Of a stretch of 64,000 nt of DNA, positions 11,561 to 23,343 are shown piece after piece. Source of the stretch: Hydrolagus colliei (Eukaryota); NCBI GenBank assembly GCA_035084275.1, contig CM068750.1, positions 8,184,001 to 8,248,000 on the forward strand, read 5' to 3'. The translations under genes and the position numbers were made by a program. The stretch's first letter is position 1, and each line of letters begins with the position of its first letter. A model generated the notes under the pieces. The model ran no database searches, had not been told where the DNA came from, and saw nothing but the letters and a program-made list of their open reading frames with translations.

Positions 11561-12451
11561 AGAAGATTAAATGCCCGAGGATACTACCCTGTGTGAAGGG
11601 CACTATACAAATGCAAGTAGTTATTCTTATTATTGTCATTTTTCAGCAGGGTTTTGTGAGAGCAACTTCCATTGTGTCCCCTAGGATTGGTGAGGTACAA
11701 TATTCATCAGGGAAAACGGAATTTGGCATTTTTATTATTGTCCATGGGCTGAGTTGTGAGTTATTGTTGCCTTTTATAAACTGATAGACTATTTACCAAT
11801 ATATGTGGCAGCCAAAGCAGGACTACAAAATAAACCGTAACTATAGTCATCTAATCTCATACTTAAATGAATGGAAGATATTATCTGTGTGTGTACTGCC
11901 AACAATTGTGCCTGAACGCATTTTCAAGGCACTCGGCAGAGTGGAATAAATTATAATAAGGAAAAATGTCACGCCCAATAAATATTAGGGGAAAAATGAC
12001 AATTTAATTGACATTTTGTATGAAAGGTGACTCAAGTTATATTCTGAGAAAGTATCATCTACGAGAAGGCAGCACTAAAAAATTAATCAGGGCTGAATCA
12101 AGCAGTTTTTCTTTTCCTATAGTTTTATTGGAGAGTGAATAAATAAATTGAAATGTTCATACATTGTCTCAGAATTTTAACTCTACCCCGGTAAGCAAAA
12201 AGGACAGGATGAATAAATCCTGCCCTTTTGGAATAGATTGTGGACTGTGATTCCCCAATCGCATCTAGTGTATTAAATAAATCCCACCACACATTATAGT
12301 TCAGCTATTTGAAGGAAATACAATATTAAGCAGCATTGTAAGTAAATCTAACATAACAACTGCAAGACACTGAACTAGCCATTCTGTAGCACAGCTCTTT
12401 CCAAATAATCTAACTCTTGCTACAGCCAAATCAAAGATCACACATGCTAAA

Positions 12452-12604
12452 ATCAACCATGATTGTTTGTGGGACGCTGCTGTGCGCTGCCTCGTTTGGC
12501 CCACAAAATGTATCGTCAATTCACTTTACAGTATAATCTGTGACGCTCCTTGAAATGTCTCAAAGAAATGATGAGGCACTATATCAAATGCAAGGATTAT
12601 TATT
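12452..12604 (+). mobile_element. Deu-SINE 3' half, tail-to-tail with the next copy
   Basis: gtttgtgggacgctgctgtgcg...atatcaaatgcaaggattattatt. Confidence 0.85.
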
Positions 12605-12608
12605 AATA

Positions 12609-12940
12609 TAATAATAAGAATCCTTGCATTTGATATAGCGCTGTTCACATCTTATTGGTGTCCTAAAGCACTTCACAGAATATACTGTAAAGTCAATTGA
12701 CTGTATATATTTGTGGGCGAATTGCAGCAGCCAATTGCGCACAGCTGTGTCCCACAAACAGTCGTGGATTGAAATGACCAATTTTATTACTGTGTTTCTT
12801 TGGACGGATTATTATTAGGCGTGTAGAGTAACGAAACTTGCCCAAGGTTTCGCCCTGACCTGCCTGGATTCGAACAAAGATCTCTCCAGCTTGGTCTCCC
12901 CAGATTACAAGTGCTCTAACCACTAAGCCACAGGAGCTCC
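12609..12940 (-). mobile_element. Full-length Deu-domain tRNA SINE (short form)
   Basis: Tail aatccttgcatttgatatagcg through to tRNA head gtgctctaaccactaagccacaggagctcc. Confidence 0.9.
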
Positions 12941-12944
12941 CAAT

Positions 12945-12990
12945 ATTATAGGTATTAGGAGATCCATTATAGGTATTAGGAGATCCATTA
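12945..12990. repeat. Perfect 21-bp tandem duplication (attataggtattaggagatcc x2)
   Basis: Directly visible, next to the SINE 5' end. Confidence 0.9.
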
Positions 12991-13249
12991 GAGCACCATA
13001 AGACAGCCAGGCAGTTTTTTAGTGCCGCCTTCTCATGGATGATACTTCATCAGAATACCTTCAGACATGATCAATAGTATTATTTTAATATGTAAACACT
13101 GGTTAATAAACATTTGCATTGGCAATAGGCTTTGGTGCTGGCTAGATCTTTAGTTGCTGTTTTACTTCATATCCAGCAATTGATAATCCAGAGCTGTCAG
13201 TGTAATTGGAATTGTCTAATGAGTTCGCTTACAAAATACATAATAACTA

Positions 13250-13315
13250 CAACCACAAAAAACAAAATTACATTTGTAAAGCGCAGTTCACATCAGGAGG
13301 ACGTCCCAAGGCGCT
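13250..13315 (-). mobile_element. L2 tail-only insert
   Basis: aacaaaattacatttgtaaagcgc..tcacatcaggaggacgtcccaaggcgct is the reverse complement of the L2 terminal stem-loop. Confidence 0.75.
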
Positions 13316-13664
13316 AGAGGGCATCCCAAGACATTGTCTATACTCAAAGGTAAATCATGTGAAGTGTTTTGAAACTCCTTCCTAACATGAAATGTGGTCT
13401 GTCAATTCCAAGTATTATTTTTATTATTATACGCAGGAAGAGATGCTCGGTTTGGTCTTGAAGCAAAAGGTAATTTGCTTTGCTTCCTGTGTACCATGAA
13501 AAAAGTGAACCAGATAGATTATTATATGCTAGAAGAATTAAATAATGATTTAAATCTGTTTGCAGCAAACTAAACTGCTCATTTGTGCTATAAATGTGAA
13601 TTTCATTGCTTTTAATTCTTTGCTTCAAATAACTATTATTGCGGACTATTGTTCTAAGACTGAG

Positions 13665-13728
13665 CAACAACAACAACAAAATTACATTTGTATAGTGCCT
13701 TACACATCGGGAGGATGTCCTAAGGCAT
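13665..13728 (-). mobile_element. L2 tail-only insert
   Basis: (CAA)n aattacatttgtatagtgccttacacatcgggaggatgtcctaaggc. Confidence 0.8.
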
Positions 13729-15294
13729 GGATTAGTGCAGTGATTGCCACTGCACTAATGAACTGCTAAGGCAAACATAAATGCAATTTGTTATCATTGT
13801 ATAATTATGAATCGGTTAGAAAGCACTTCAGCTCCTTAATCACAGAAATAGTATTTGTTTTTCTTATTTGTAGTGCCAAGTGATTGAAAGATGGCAAAAT
13901 CTTGGAGTTATTTCATTTATCAGGCATATGTGAGCTGGCAATGAATATTACATCTATTGTAGCTGTAAGGATACCGACAGATCTTATTTTACAAACTAAA
14001 GCAACCATAACTTCTCAGCTCCCTTAGTTGTAGAGGAGACACATATGGCTCCCTCTAGTGATGGATATTGTGTGACTGAGAATACTTTTTTATGGTTCCT
14101 TTGGGAAACATTTGACAAGAAGATATTTTCATTAGTCCCAGAGGGGATGCATGTCAGTCAGTCATGTCTGTGATCAACGTATGCAATGTGACTGCAATGG
14201 ATCAGTTCTTCATTTCAAAGTTTCAGGGATTTGTCTGCTTTGTAAAACAATCCCTTGTTTATTCCCTTTTCAAGATGAGAAAGCAATAAATCTTGGTGCA
14301 CATCTATCTGTGTTCAGTATTAGTATCTGGGGCCCTGGCTACACTTGGAACACATAATCTCCATTGTTTATCCAGTTTAAGTTTTATTATTTCATACTGA
14401 AAGAGTGAAATTGCTGCAAATTTTTCGCTAAGCATGTAACCTTGAGGTTGTAGGCACACTTTGTCCTTCAGCGTTACTTCAAACTGCTGGCATTCTTTTT
14501 CATTAATCTTATTCAAATAACGTTTTATGCAGGTCAAGGTGAGGGACCTCAATTTCTAGAGAATTACATATTTGTTTTCCCCTTTGATACCACGTATTAA
14601 CATTGAGCACTCCTAGGTACAGGAACAAAGTACTTAGATTTTTATAGCACCTTATCATGGGGAAATGTCACAAAGCGTAGGGTCAAATGTCAAATACCTG
14701 CAAAAATAGGGACTCGACTTGACAGTAATTACTTTAAGGCACGAAGGTGTTACTCTGTGATAAGGCACTACAAGATTGCAACATTTCCATTTCACATGTC
14801 AGCTGTGGTGAAGACGGTGGGATTAACCAATTTGTGCAGAATTATTAGAAAATCTGTTCAATGACTTCATATCATTAATTGTCATCTATAACGTCATGTG
14901 TGCTTTGGAGCAATTTTACTGTATTGATCAAAACAGCACAGGAACAAAGTACCCGCCGATGATTAATGTTCCTCAGTGGTTTCCCAGAATTATATTTTGA
15001 TTTCCTACTTTCATGAAAATATGATTAAATAATAAGAGTATGAGTGTGTCATTTTCACCACAACATCATATGCTACATGGTTTATATCATTGCAACCCAT
15101 GTTTCTAACCAAGCAAAAAAGAATTTGTCAAGCATGTATTCAGGAATATGTGGCCTTTCATTAGAGCAAGCATTAGTCACCAAAATAAATGTCAGGAGTC
15201 AGTGATCGGGAAGAGCTTCTCTACGCAGTTAAGATCTTGTATAGTACAGTATGGACTATACTGTATAGTACTTAGATTGAGAGCAATGCACATC

Positions 15295-15542
15295 TAATCA
15301 GGACGAAACCTGAGGCAGGTTTCCTTACTCCACACGCCTGATAATAATTCCTCCACATAAAATCGGTCATTTCAATCCACCACTGTTTGTGGGACACTGC
15401 TGTGTGCAATTGGCTGCCGCTTTTCGCCCACAAAATATACAGTCAATTCACTTTGCGGTATAGTCTGTGAAGCGCTCTGAGACGTCTAGAAAACGTGAAA
15501 AGTGTTTTATCAAATGCAAAGATTATTTTTAATATTATTATT
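15295..15542 (+). mobile_element. Deu-SINE, 5'-truncated
   Basis: ggacgaaacctgaggcaggtttccttactccacacgcc...tcaaatgcaaagattatt. Confidence 0.85.
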
Positions 15543-16449
15543 GAAGCAACAGTACTATTCTGTGACAAACACGGAACAGCCAAAAAACAAGATTTGAGGA
15601 GCTCTTTTTCCTCACGTTTCCTTTAGCTGTCAGCAAACTAAAGACAACTATTTTAGTTGCATTGACTTGATACCGTGTGTGGTGACAGTGATCATGAATG
15701 GCAATCTTATGAGTATTGTCACCTCAAAAACAGCAGCCAGTATTTGTACAAATTAAACACCTTAAGAGGGTGCATGACAACCAAAATGTCTTCACGTGAC
15801 TTGCAGTATCCCTTTGGAAAAAATGCCATTTAATTTAAGGGACGAGGAAGGGAAATGTCATGTCTTTTCTGTCGTGCAAAGGGGAGACATTTATGTTGAA
15901 GTGATTCAGAGCAAAGATTACCGATAATTCTTTATCGAAGCAGAAATGGTGCTCATTATTTTTCACTGAAATGTTGTAAGGCGTTAATTAAACCCCAAAG
16001 CGCCGTTTAAAGGAGAGCAATTGATGACTAAAAGGTTAACCTCCAGCAGCTATTTGCAGATAACCTTACCATTATGTTCTTTTTCATTGAACTAAGAGCT
16101 ACCCAAATAATAGACCTTACCTGATTTTAACAGCCCTCTGAAAGGCACTCAACTGCACTGAAGGAAGCAGCTGTTTTGGGGAAGCTTCAACCAGTAGAGT
16201 CTTGCAATTTATCATATATTTTCCCTTCACCCTTTCTTGAAACCTCATGTATTGTTTACTCCTCGAAACCACTGAGACAACATAAGTCGACAATTTTCAA
16301 GTTCATTAAAATTGAGTGTAAATTTTTCTTGGCATAATTGTTCTAATTGTTTAATTTATCCAAATGAAATCCCCTTCAAAGATTGAACTTGATATTAAAA
16401 CAATCCATTCACAAACCTTGCCTGGTTTATTTCATTTAAGTAACGAATC

Positions 16450-16950
16450 AAGATTCCACAGCAATATCCAAAGAGGCCACTGTATCCCATTGGCATAATT
16501 CACTGGGTTTACTGTGGAAAGTTTGTTTCTGAGTATCTGAATGAGTCTGTGAAAATAATATTCATATCTCCTGAATAACTATTACAGACTTTACCGTATT
16601 TCTGTATGTTGAATGGATGATTTTGTAAAAGCAGCCAAAAAGCTCCAAGCGATGCAGTTTGAAGAGCATCTACTGCATTTTTCAGGACCATTCTATATAT
16701 TCTCTTCAATATCCAAATAAATGTCCAGTAAAACATTTTCTAAGAGTCAGCTTGCTGCAAGCCTTAGCATTTCTTATTCTCACTGTTCCTGAATTTCATT
16801 GTTATTGATGATTGAACCTGGTCTGTGCTGATGGCTACTGAATAAATAATGAACCAGTTCTTCAGCACTATTGCAGCCTTAATTTAATGGATTTATCAAT
16901 GTGCTTACTCTGATTCTTGAAAGATTGGATGCCTCTATGTTGCATCTCAA
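16450..16950 (-). mobile_element. Possible ancient L1-type APE endonuclease relic
   Basis: Weak ordered motifs IFQES, LLDIY, RLExF...VKSVIV, DxHS. Heavily disrupted. Confidence 0.25.
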
Positions 16951-17349
16951 TGTTGGGTATCTTTTGAATTGATCAGCTATGAAATTTTGCATACATATAC
17001 ATGCTGAGTTTTTGGACTGGTTATCATTGAATAACCAGTGGACTGGTTAACACAAGAATTTCTCAGATATCCTGTTGAAATGAGTAGCAGAATATTATTC
17101 CAAGTGCATAAATCTTGAATTTTGTGGCTGATTAAGAATGCAATACTTCCTCTCAGTGGTTTTACTTATTGAATGACTTTTAAATCAGACAGCTGTTGTT
17201 GTTTATTTAATTGATGTGCACAGGTCACTAGCATTTGTTTTGGCACAAAGTGATTGCATTTTTAAGGAGTATGTGGGGTAATACAATATGGATCATTGTT
17301 GCTGCATGAAATGAACTAAAACTAATTTTAGAATTGGCTACTGATTGTA

Positions 17350-17520
17350 ATGATAATCCTTGCATTTGATGTAGTGCTTTAACACATCATTGAGAAATCT
17401 TAAAATACTTCAGAGCATTTTACTGCAAACTGTATTCATTGTATTTGTAGGCAAACATAGCAGTCAATTTGCCACACAGCAATGATCCACAAACAGCCAT
17501 GAAATGATTGATCAATTTTA
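17350..17520 (-). mobile_element. Older Deu-SINE 3' half
   Basis: taatccttgcatttgatgtagtgc...cacagcaatgatccacaaacagcc. Confidence 0.75.
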
Positions 17521-17545
17521 GTTGTGGCACTGCAGGCAGGGATGC

Positions 17546-17605
17546 AACAATAACAACAAAATTACATTTCTACAGTGCCTTTCACATCGGGAGGACGTCT
17601 CAAGG
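17546..17605 (-). mobile_element. L2 tail-only insert
   Basis: caacaataacaacaaaattacatttctacagtgcctttcacatcgggaggacgtctcaagg. Confidence 0.8.
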
Positions 17606-17625
17606 ATACAGGGAGAAACTACTCA

Positions 17626-17890
17626 TAATAATAATAATCCTTGAATTTTGATATACTGTAGCACTTTTCACATCTCATCAATGTCTCAAAACACTTCACA
17701 GAATATACATTGACTGTATATTTGTGGGCGAAATGCGGCAGCCAATTGCGCACAGCAATGTCCCAGAAACAGTCACGGATTGAAATGACCAATTTTATCA
17801 TTTTGTTTGGAGGAATTATTATTGGGCGGAGTAAGGAAACTTGCCCAAGGTTTCGTCCTGATCTGCCTGGATTCGAACACAAGTCTCTTA
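17626..17890 (-). mobile_element. Deu-domain tRNA SINE (short form)
   Basis: Same family as 12609-12940; B-box ggattcgaac present. Confidence 0.9.
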
Positions 17891-18146
17891 CTTCTTCAAC
17901 TCCATGTAACATACGCTTTGCAGGAAAATAAAGATCAAGATAATGCTAATTTTCCCCACCATGGTCAATGTGTTCAAGCAAAATGTGAGGTTCATTCCTT
18001 GCTTGACGCTAATGCCCCAATTTTCACTCCTTGGAAAAAAATTCTGGAACTTTCTTCCTGTGCCTCAAAAATGAATTGGATAATTCTGGAGTAGGTTTAT
18101 CCTTAAGACCATTATATATCCTTGAAAAAGCTCCTTTCTTGATTTC

Positions 18147-18415
18147 ATCAATCAAATCAATTAATTAATAAATCAATCAAAACTTACATATATCTATAAC
18201 GCCTTTCACGTCGAGAGGACGTCCCAAGGCACTGTACAGTTAGGTAGGGACAAGAGCAGGGGGCGCAGGATCGGGGCAGGATGAAGAAGAGTAGAAAAAT
18301 GGACTGTATATTTGTGGGCGAAATGCGGCAGCCAAATTGCACACAGCAGTGTCCCACAAACAGTCATGGAAGTGGGATTAGGGGAAAAGGGGGGGAAAGA
18401 TGACAAGGGGGTGTT
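18147..18415 (-). mobile_element. L2-type 3' end with a (TTGA)n-like tail and an embedded 69-bp Deu-SINE segment
   Basis: L2 stem-loop cgcctttcacgtcgagaggacgtcccaaggcac, purine-rich UTR-like sequence, SINE-like segment 18302-18370, then purine-rich sequence again. Confidence 0.65.
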
Positions 18416-18644
18416 GTCTTAGTTCCAATAGCACAGGAACCATCAAGTTCCACAATACATTCAATTATCTCAATTGTTTGAGACTGGAAGTGGTAGAGCG
18501 TAGAGCAGGGTACAGGATTACAGTTTGCTCTGAAACCCTGTGCAGAATTGATGAGCCTTCCAGTCTAGCCTAACAGCTCGGTATAGTTCTGTATTGTTAG
18601 AGGTTACTAAATAAACCAGTAACCTTTGCAATTTTGGGTGGACA

Positions 18645-18790
18645 ATGAAATATTCCATGATGTTCAAAAAGAGAAGGGAGTTTTCCGCCAGTGTCCTACC
18701 CAATAGCACTCCAAAATCAGTAACTCATTCTCTTCATAGTTATTTGTGGAACCTGCCTGTTGCATTTGCTTACAAACCCAGGTACCACAC
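18645..18790 (+). mobile_element. Ancient Deu-domain (SacSINE1/AmnSINE1-like) fragment
   Basis: gagaagggagttttccgccagtgtcctacccaata...atttgtggaacc resembles the Deu consensus GAAGAGCAGGGGAGTTCTCCCCGGTGTCCTGGCCAATA. Confidence 0.55.
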
Positions 18791-19819
18791 ATGATGGTGT
18801 TACCTGTGAGGTACGTGAGATGTTTTGTTTTGACTTGATAGAAAGACAAGTTATTGATTATATTTAAACCTGGATAGATGTAGGAGAGATCACTCACATT
18901 CAGGTCAGCCAGTATCTACCTCACATATCTGTTCTTTTTACCATTTAAAGTACAGTAGTTACCTCAAATAGTCTTTGCAATACACTGGCACATTGCATTA
19001 CACCCATCTTTATGATTATAAGGGCAAAACTGGTGGAGAGACACTTAATGTTTGTTTCTTTTCATTTAAGCACACACCAGTTGCTATTGAAGCTTTCCAA
19101 TGTTTCCGCTCAAAGGAAAATGACAGTGAGAAATCTCTGGGTGACAGCTCACTGTGAGCACAGTACAGCTCCCTCGTACTGAAGGCACTAGACACAGACA
19201 CAATGTGGAAATGTATTTAATAACCATCATTAAAGAGGTGACAAAGCATGAATAACATAGGGTCACTTTTCACCCCTTATCCAGCGGTGTTCGAAGCTGG
19301 CGGAATTGAATTCAGATGGAAAGTGTGAAACGATCCTTGCATTTTCTGTCAGAAAGTAAACTGGAAAGAGGCAGACTGAAGCAACACTATGGAAGAATTG
19401 GTTTCTAGGTACTGTAGATGGATAGCCTGAAGGCACAAGTCCCACAGGTGCTTGTTAAATGAATTCACCTGCTGACAAATGAAGCTGGAACTGGAAGTAA
19501 GTCACCAGTTCAGAAGAGAGAGTGAAATCCAGACACAAAGCAGTTTAAAATTATCTAACGGTTGGTCAGCGATCAAACAAGAAATATATTTTAAAACACA
19601 TTTCCTCTCTGCTTGCTAAATCCTGCTGCAAATTGCATTACATTTGATCTCTCTTCACCTGGGCTCCCGGTAATGTTTCTTATGATCTGCTGCAGGATTT
19701 AAAGCATTACTGTGCTCTTTGTTTCTCGGTTTCCATGGAGATCACTGGAGTTATTTAAAAAATCTAATTCCTAAGATCTGTCTATGGGAAGAACACTACG
19801 AGATATATGGAAGTATTAC

Positions 19820-20098
19820 CCCCAGAAAAGCGATCCGCTAATCGACTTACAACTGGGTTCCTACTTATCACTAGGTGAACAGAGGCATGTGGAGTAAAGA
19901 ACACAGGTCTCTTGCTTGCGAGATAATTTCTTCGGTGAAATGTCTCACAAACCAGAAGAAATGAATACCCTCAGCTATATATATATATTAATATATATTC
20001 CTTGTATTTGATATAGCACCTTATCATGTCTTCTAGACATCTCAAAGCACTTACTGTAAAGTGAATTGACTGTATATTTGTGGGTTAAATGTGGCATT
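19820..20098 (-). mobile_element. Two SINE fragments (long-form head 19820-19922, tail 19990-20098)
   Basis: Reverse-complement match to the middle segment of the 3659 copy; the tail matches the family consensus. Confidence 0.7.
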
Positions 20099-20227
20099 TT
20101 TTGAATACGTTTCCAAAGAATATCTTGGTAATAATGATTCTTACATTTGATTGTAGTGCCTTTCACATTGGAAGGATGTTTCAAAGCGTTTCACAGATTT
20201 TCTTTATGGTGCAGTGACAGTGTAATT

Positions 20228-20956
20228 CACTCCCTCACATCCGTGCCTTGACCAGCACTGCTTATTTCCACCCGCGCAACATTGCCAGGCTCCGCAATTA
20301 TCTCACCCCCCACGCTGCCGAAACACTTGTACACGTGTACATCACCTCACGGCTGGACTACGGAAACTCTCTCCTCGTCGACCTCCCCAGCTCCTCCTTT
20401 CACAGGCTGCAGGTCATCCAAAACTTTGCAGCCCGTGTACTATCCCGCACCCGCCTCCGTGACCACATAACCCCCACCCTCGCCCGTCTCCACTGGCTCC
20501 CCATCCTCCAGAGGATCGAGTTCAAGATCCTCATCCTCACCTTCAAAGCCTTACACAGCCTTGCCCCGCCCTATTTATCTGACTTACTCTCCCCCTATAA
20601 GCCCACTCGGACCCTCCGTTCAGCAGGACCTGGCCTGCTCCAAGCCCCCCACCCGAACCACCCCACCATCGGAGGCCAGGCCTTCAGTTTCTCCGCTCCC
20701 ACCCTATGGAATGCCATCCCCCAATCCCTCCGCCTTGTTGCCTCCCTTTCCTCTTTCAAGGCCGGTTTGAAGACTTTCCTCTTTGACCGTGCCTTTTGTT
20801 CCCCCCCGAACTTTTCGACCTCCCCTACGTGTTTCACCCCTTCCCGAACACTCCCCTCCCAGCTCGGGTCACACGCCTCCTGGGAAGCGCCTTGGGATGT
20901 CCTCCCGACGTGAAAGGCGCTTTATAAGTTTAAATTGTTGTTGTTGTTGTTGTTGT
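20228..20956 (+). mobile_element. 5'-truncated L2-clade LINE (ORF2 C-terminus, stem-loop, (TTG)n tail)
   Basis: ORF 20248-20913: AAETLVHVYITSRLDYGNSLL, LQVIQNFAARVL, HITPTLARLHWLPILQRIEFKIL, APPYLSDLL, AFSFSAPTLWNAIP, FKAGLKTFLF. Tail gcgccttgggatgtcctcccgacgtgaaaggcgc followed by (TTG)n. Confidence 0.95.
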
Positions 20957-21143
20957 AATTTGTGGGTTTATTTAATATCTGTATTGTCCTGCATTTCTGT
21001 CTTCAGTCACCAAACATTGGAAAATAAAAATGAAAACACGAAGAATTTTTTTTGCTAATTTCCACAAAGAGTGGAAATGTTCAATTGTGTGAGCAATCAA
21101 GTACAGATAAATGAGAAATTGCTGTGTTTAATATCACGTTGTT

Positions 21144-21218
21144 CCACTAGATGTCAGCATATGCACTTACAAAAAACACAGCAGCGGGTCTGCAAAGCAT
21201 GCTAGCAACATCTAGTGG
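21144..21218. promoter_or_regulatory. Convergent pair of CTCF-like motifs
   Basis: CCACTAGATGTCAGCA (21144-21159, +) and CCACTAGATGTTGCTA (21203-21218, -); the core deviates from the CCASYAGRKGGC consensus at one or two positions. Confidence 0.35.
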
Positions 21219-21374
21219 CATATGAGGAGTATTTCAAATTGATGTCACTGGAGAATACAAAAGAAAAATCAAACATTGTCTTTCTTTTTGATATTGATCA
21301 AGTTGGTAAAAGTCCAGTCTTATGATTGCCTCTGAAAGAGCCTAAGATGGGGGGCAACAGTTTGTTTCATGCAG

Positions 21375-21602
21375 TTTGGCTGATTTTGAAGTCGATGGGA
21401 ACACTCAGCAGGTCAGGCAGCATCTATGGAGAAAGAAAAAGTGAGTGCTGACAAAGGGTCGTGGACCCGAAACGTTGACTCACTTTTCCTTTCTCCATAG
21501 ATGTTGCCTGACCTGCTGAGTGTTCCCAGTGACTTCTGTTTTTGTTTCAGATCTCCAGCATCTGCAGTATTTTGCATTTTCTTTTTGGCTGATTTTGAAG
21601 TC
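21375..21602 (+). mobile_element. Penelope-like element terminal (pseudo-LTR) insertion with inverted arms, 19-bp TSD and decayed hammerhead motif
   Basis: TSD tttggctgattttgaagtc at 21375-21393 and 21584-21602; 51-bp arms at 21396-21446 and 21478-21528 (2 mismatches); loop ctgacaaagggtcgtggacccgaaacgtt. Confidence 0.8.
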
Positions 21603-21820
21603 CTTAAAGTCTCAGGTCGAACAATTCACACCATTTAAACTTTAAAATTTTAAGTTGTAGAATTGACTGTTTTTTTGGTGTCCTGTTTGTGTGCATTGTA
21701 AAGCTACCATTTGGTTGTCTAATAATTATAATCCTGGCATTTGATGTTCTAGCCTATTATTGGAAGACATTAATAGCTGAGACTGGTGTTATTGTTTGGG
21801 TAAGTCTCTGAATATAACAA

Positions 21821-21920
21821 AATAATCATCCTTGCATTTTACATTGACTTCATCAAGTCTTCAAAATGTCTCAAAATGTCACAAAATATACTGCAAAGTG
21901 AACTGATTATTTCTGGGAGA
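21821..21920 (-). mobile_element. Degenerate SINE tail
   Basis: aataatcatccttgcatttt...tgtctcaaaatgtcacaaaatatactgcaaagtgaactga. Confidence 0.6.
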
Positions 21921-22129
21921 AATATAGTTTCAAAACTGCAAAGGGATATCCAATGTAATGCAGAGTGACACATGATATTTCCCTTAGTGACTTGAGCCAA
22001 CACACACTGAGTTTCCTGATCTATGATGATACATCCAGGACATATTCTGAAGATTGACTGTACTTGTTAGATTCATTCAGATATTCACAGGTCTTCATTT
22101 TCTGACCCTGAGGACTAGTTTTGCATTTT

Positions 22130-22760
22130 GCAGCCTGGCATTATGAAGCAAGGAATGGGGCAAGACTTGTGAAATCTCTGTTGATGGTTTGTCTTGGTGA
22201 GCTCGATACTAACTTTGCAGAACTTCTCCTGTTTTGCATTTAGCGTGACTGGCACTTTGGGTCATAGCTGTAGGTAGCTGTCATTCATACTAGTCTCAGA
22301 GGCTCTGTTAAAACATAGTAAATCTGGATTTGATATATATCAGAAAAAGACGACGATTCTGTAGTCAGATTCATGGTGGCAATTGCAGGAACACATCACT
22401 GAAGAGAAGACAGAACACTCTCTTGTATGATGCCAGAAGGTTTGAGCAACCTAGAGGCAAAGGCATCAGGCAGAAATTTTTTACCATCCAACCACCCCCG
22501 ATTCATAATCTCTCGTTGTGGAGTTAGATTGTATTTCTTCCTCCCAAGACAATTACCAGTCACAGGGTGCAGAGAGGTAACCATCTGTGCAAACACTCGC
22601 AAGGATAACATGATCCTCGTGAGATAGAAACGTAAATACATCTCACATCGCACCAAATAAAACAATAGTGTTATTGTAGTGTAAAGTTTCCATGTCTTTG
22701 ATTCGTATTCTCCAAAATGGATTTACAGAATTAGCAGCAATGTGTGCCATCCTCCTTCCA
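22130..22760 (-). mobile_element. Decayed Ty3/Gypsy pol relic (RNase H end to integrase Zn domain)
   Basis: LHYNNTIV, CEMYLRFYLTR (~GKEMYLADTLSR), EIMNRGWLDGKKFLP (~IxxGWPxxKxxLP), KP-FWHHTRECSV (~PFWxxRxELSV). Confidence 0.5.
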
Positions 22761-23009
22761 AATACACAAAGTGGGGAGCAACAAGGCAGCTTTCCACAGG
22801 TCATGGTAATTACATAGAATGTTTATCACATATTTGCTGTCTTTCGGGTGATTAAAACAATATTAAGCAACAGTTATCCTTCAGGATTAGTTCGATTTCT
22901 ATGAGATAGCTGGGACTTTGATGCTTCTGTTGGATTTTCTTTTTCAAACTTCACATGAACTATAGAAATATAGTGTGTGTGTGTGTATATATATATATAT
23001 AGTATGTAA

Positions 23010-23148
23010 AAATTGAAAATCTGGATCTCTGAAATAATTCACAGCAGATCAAATCTGTTGGGTCCTAGTGTAGAGTCATGCCTAAAACGTTAAACAATTT
23101 TTCTCTGTCAGATGCCAATTGATCTGCTGTGGATTTCTGCTTTTATGG
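23010..23148 (+). mobile_element. Highly degenerate Penelope-type inverted terminus
   Basis: cacagcagatcaa ... ttgatctgctgtg inverted pair around cctaaaacgttaaac; similar layout to 21396-21580. Confidence 0.4.
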
Positions 23149-23343
23149 GAACTCTCTTTGGATCAGATTTTCTCTGATTTCCCTGACCACTTCAAGGGCA
23201 CCATCTGTGTGAGCAGGCTGTTGAGCTCTGCTTCCCCTTTTACCAGAGCAAAACATGGATTTGTTGGAATCGTGGATATTGATATGTTGCTAGATAGCTA
23301 GCTGATGCCAGAAACGGCTTTGAACAAATAAACTTTTGAGATT

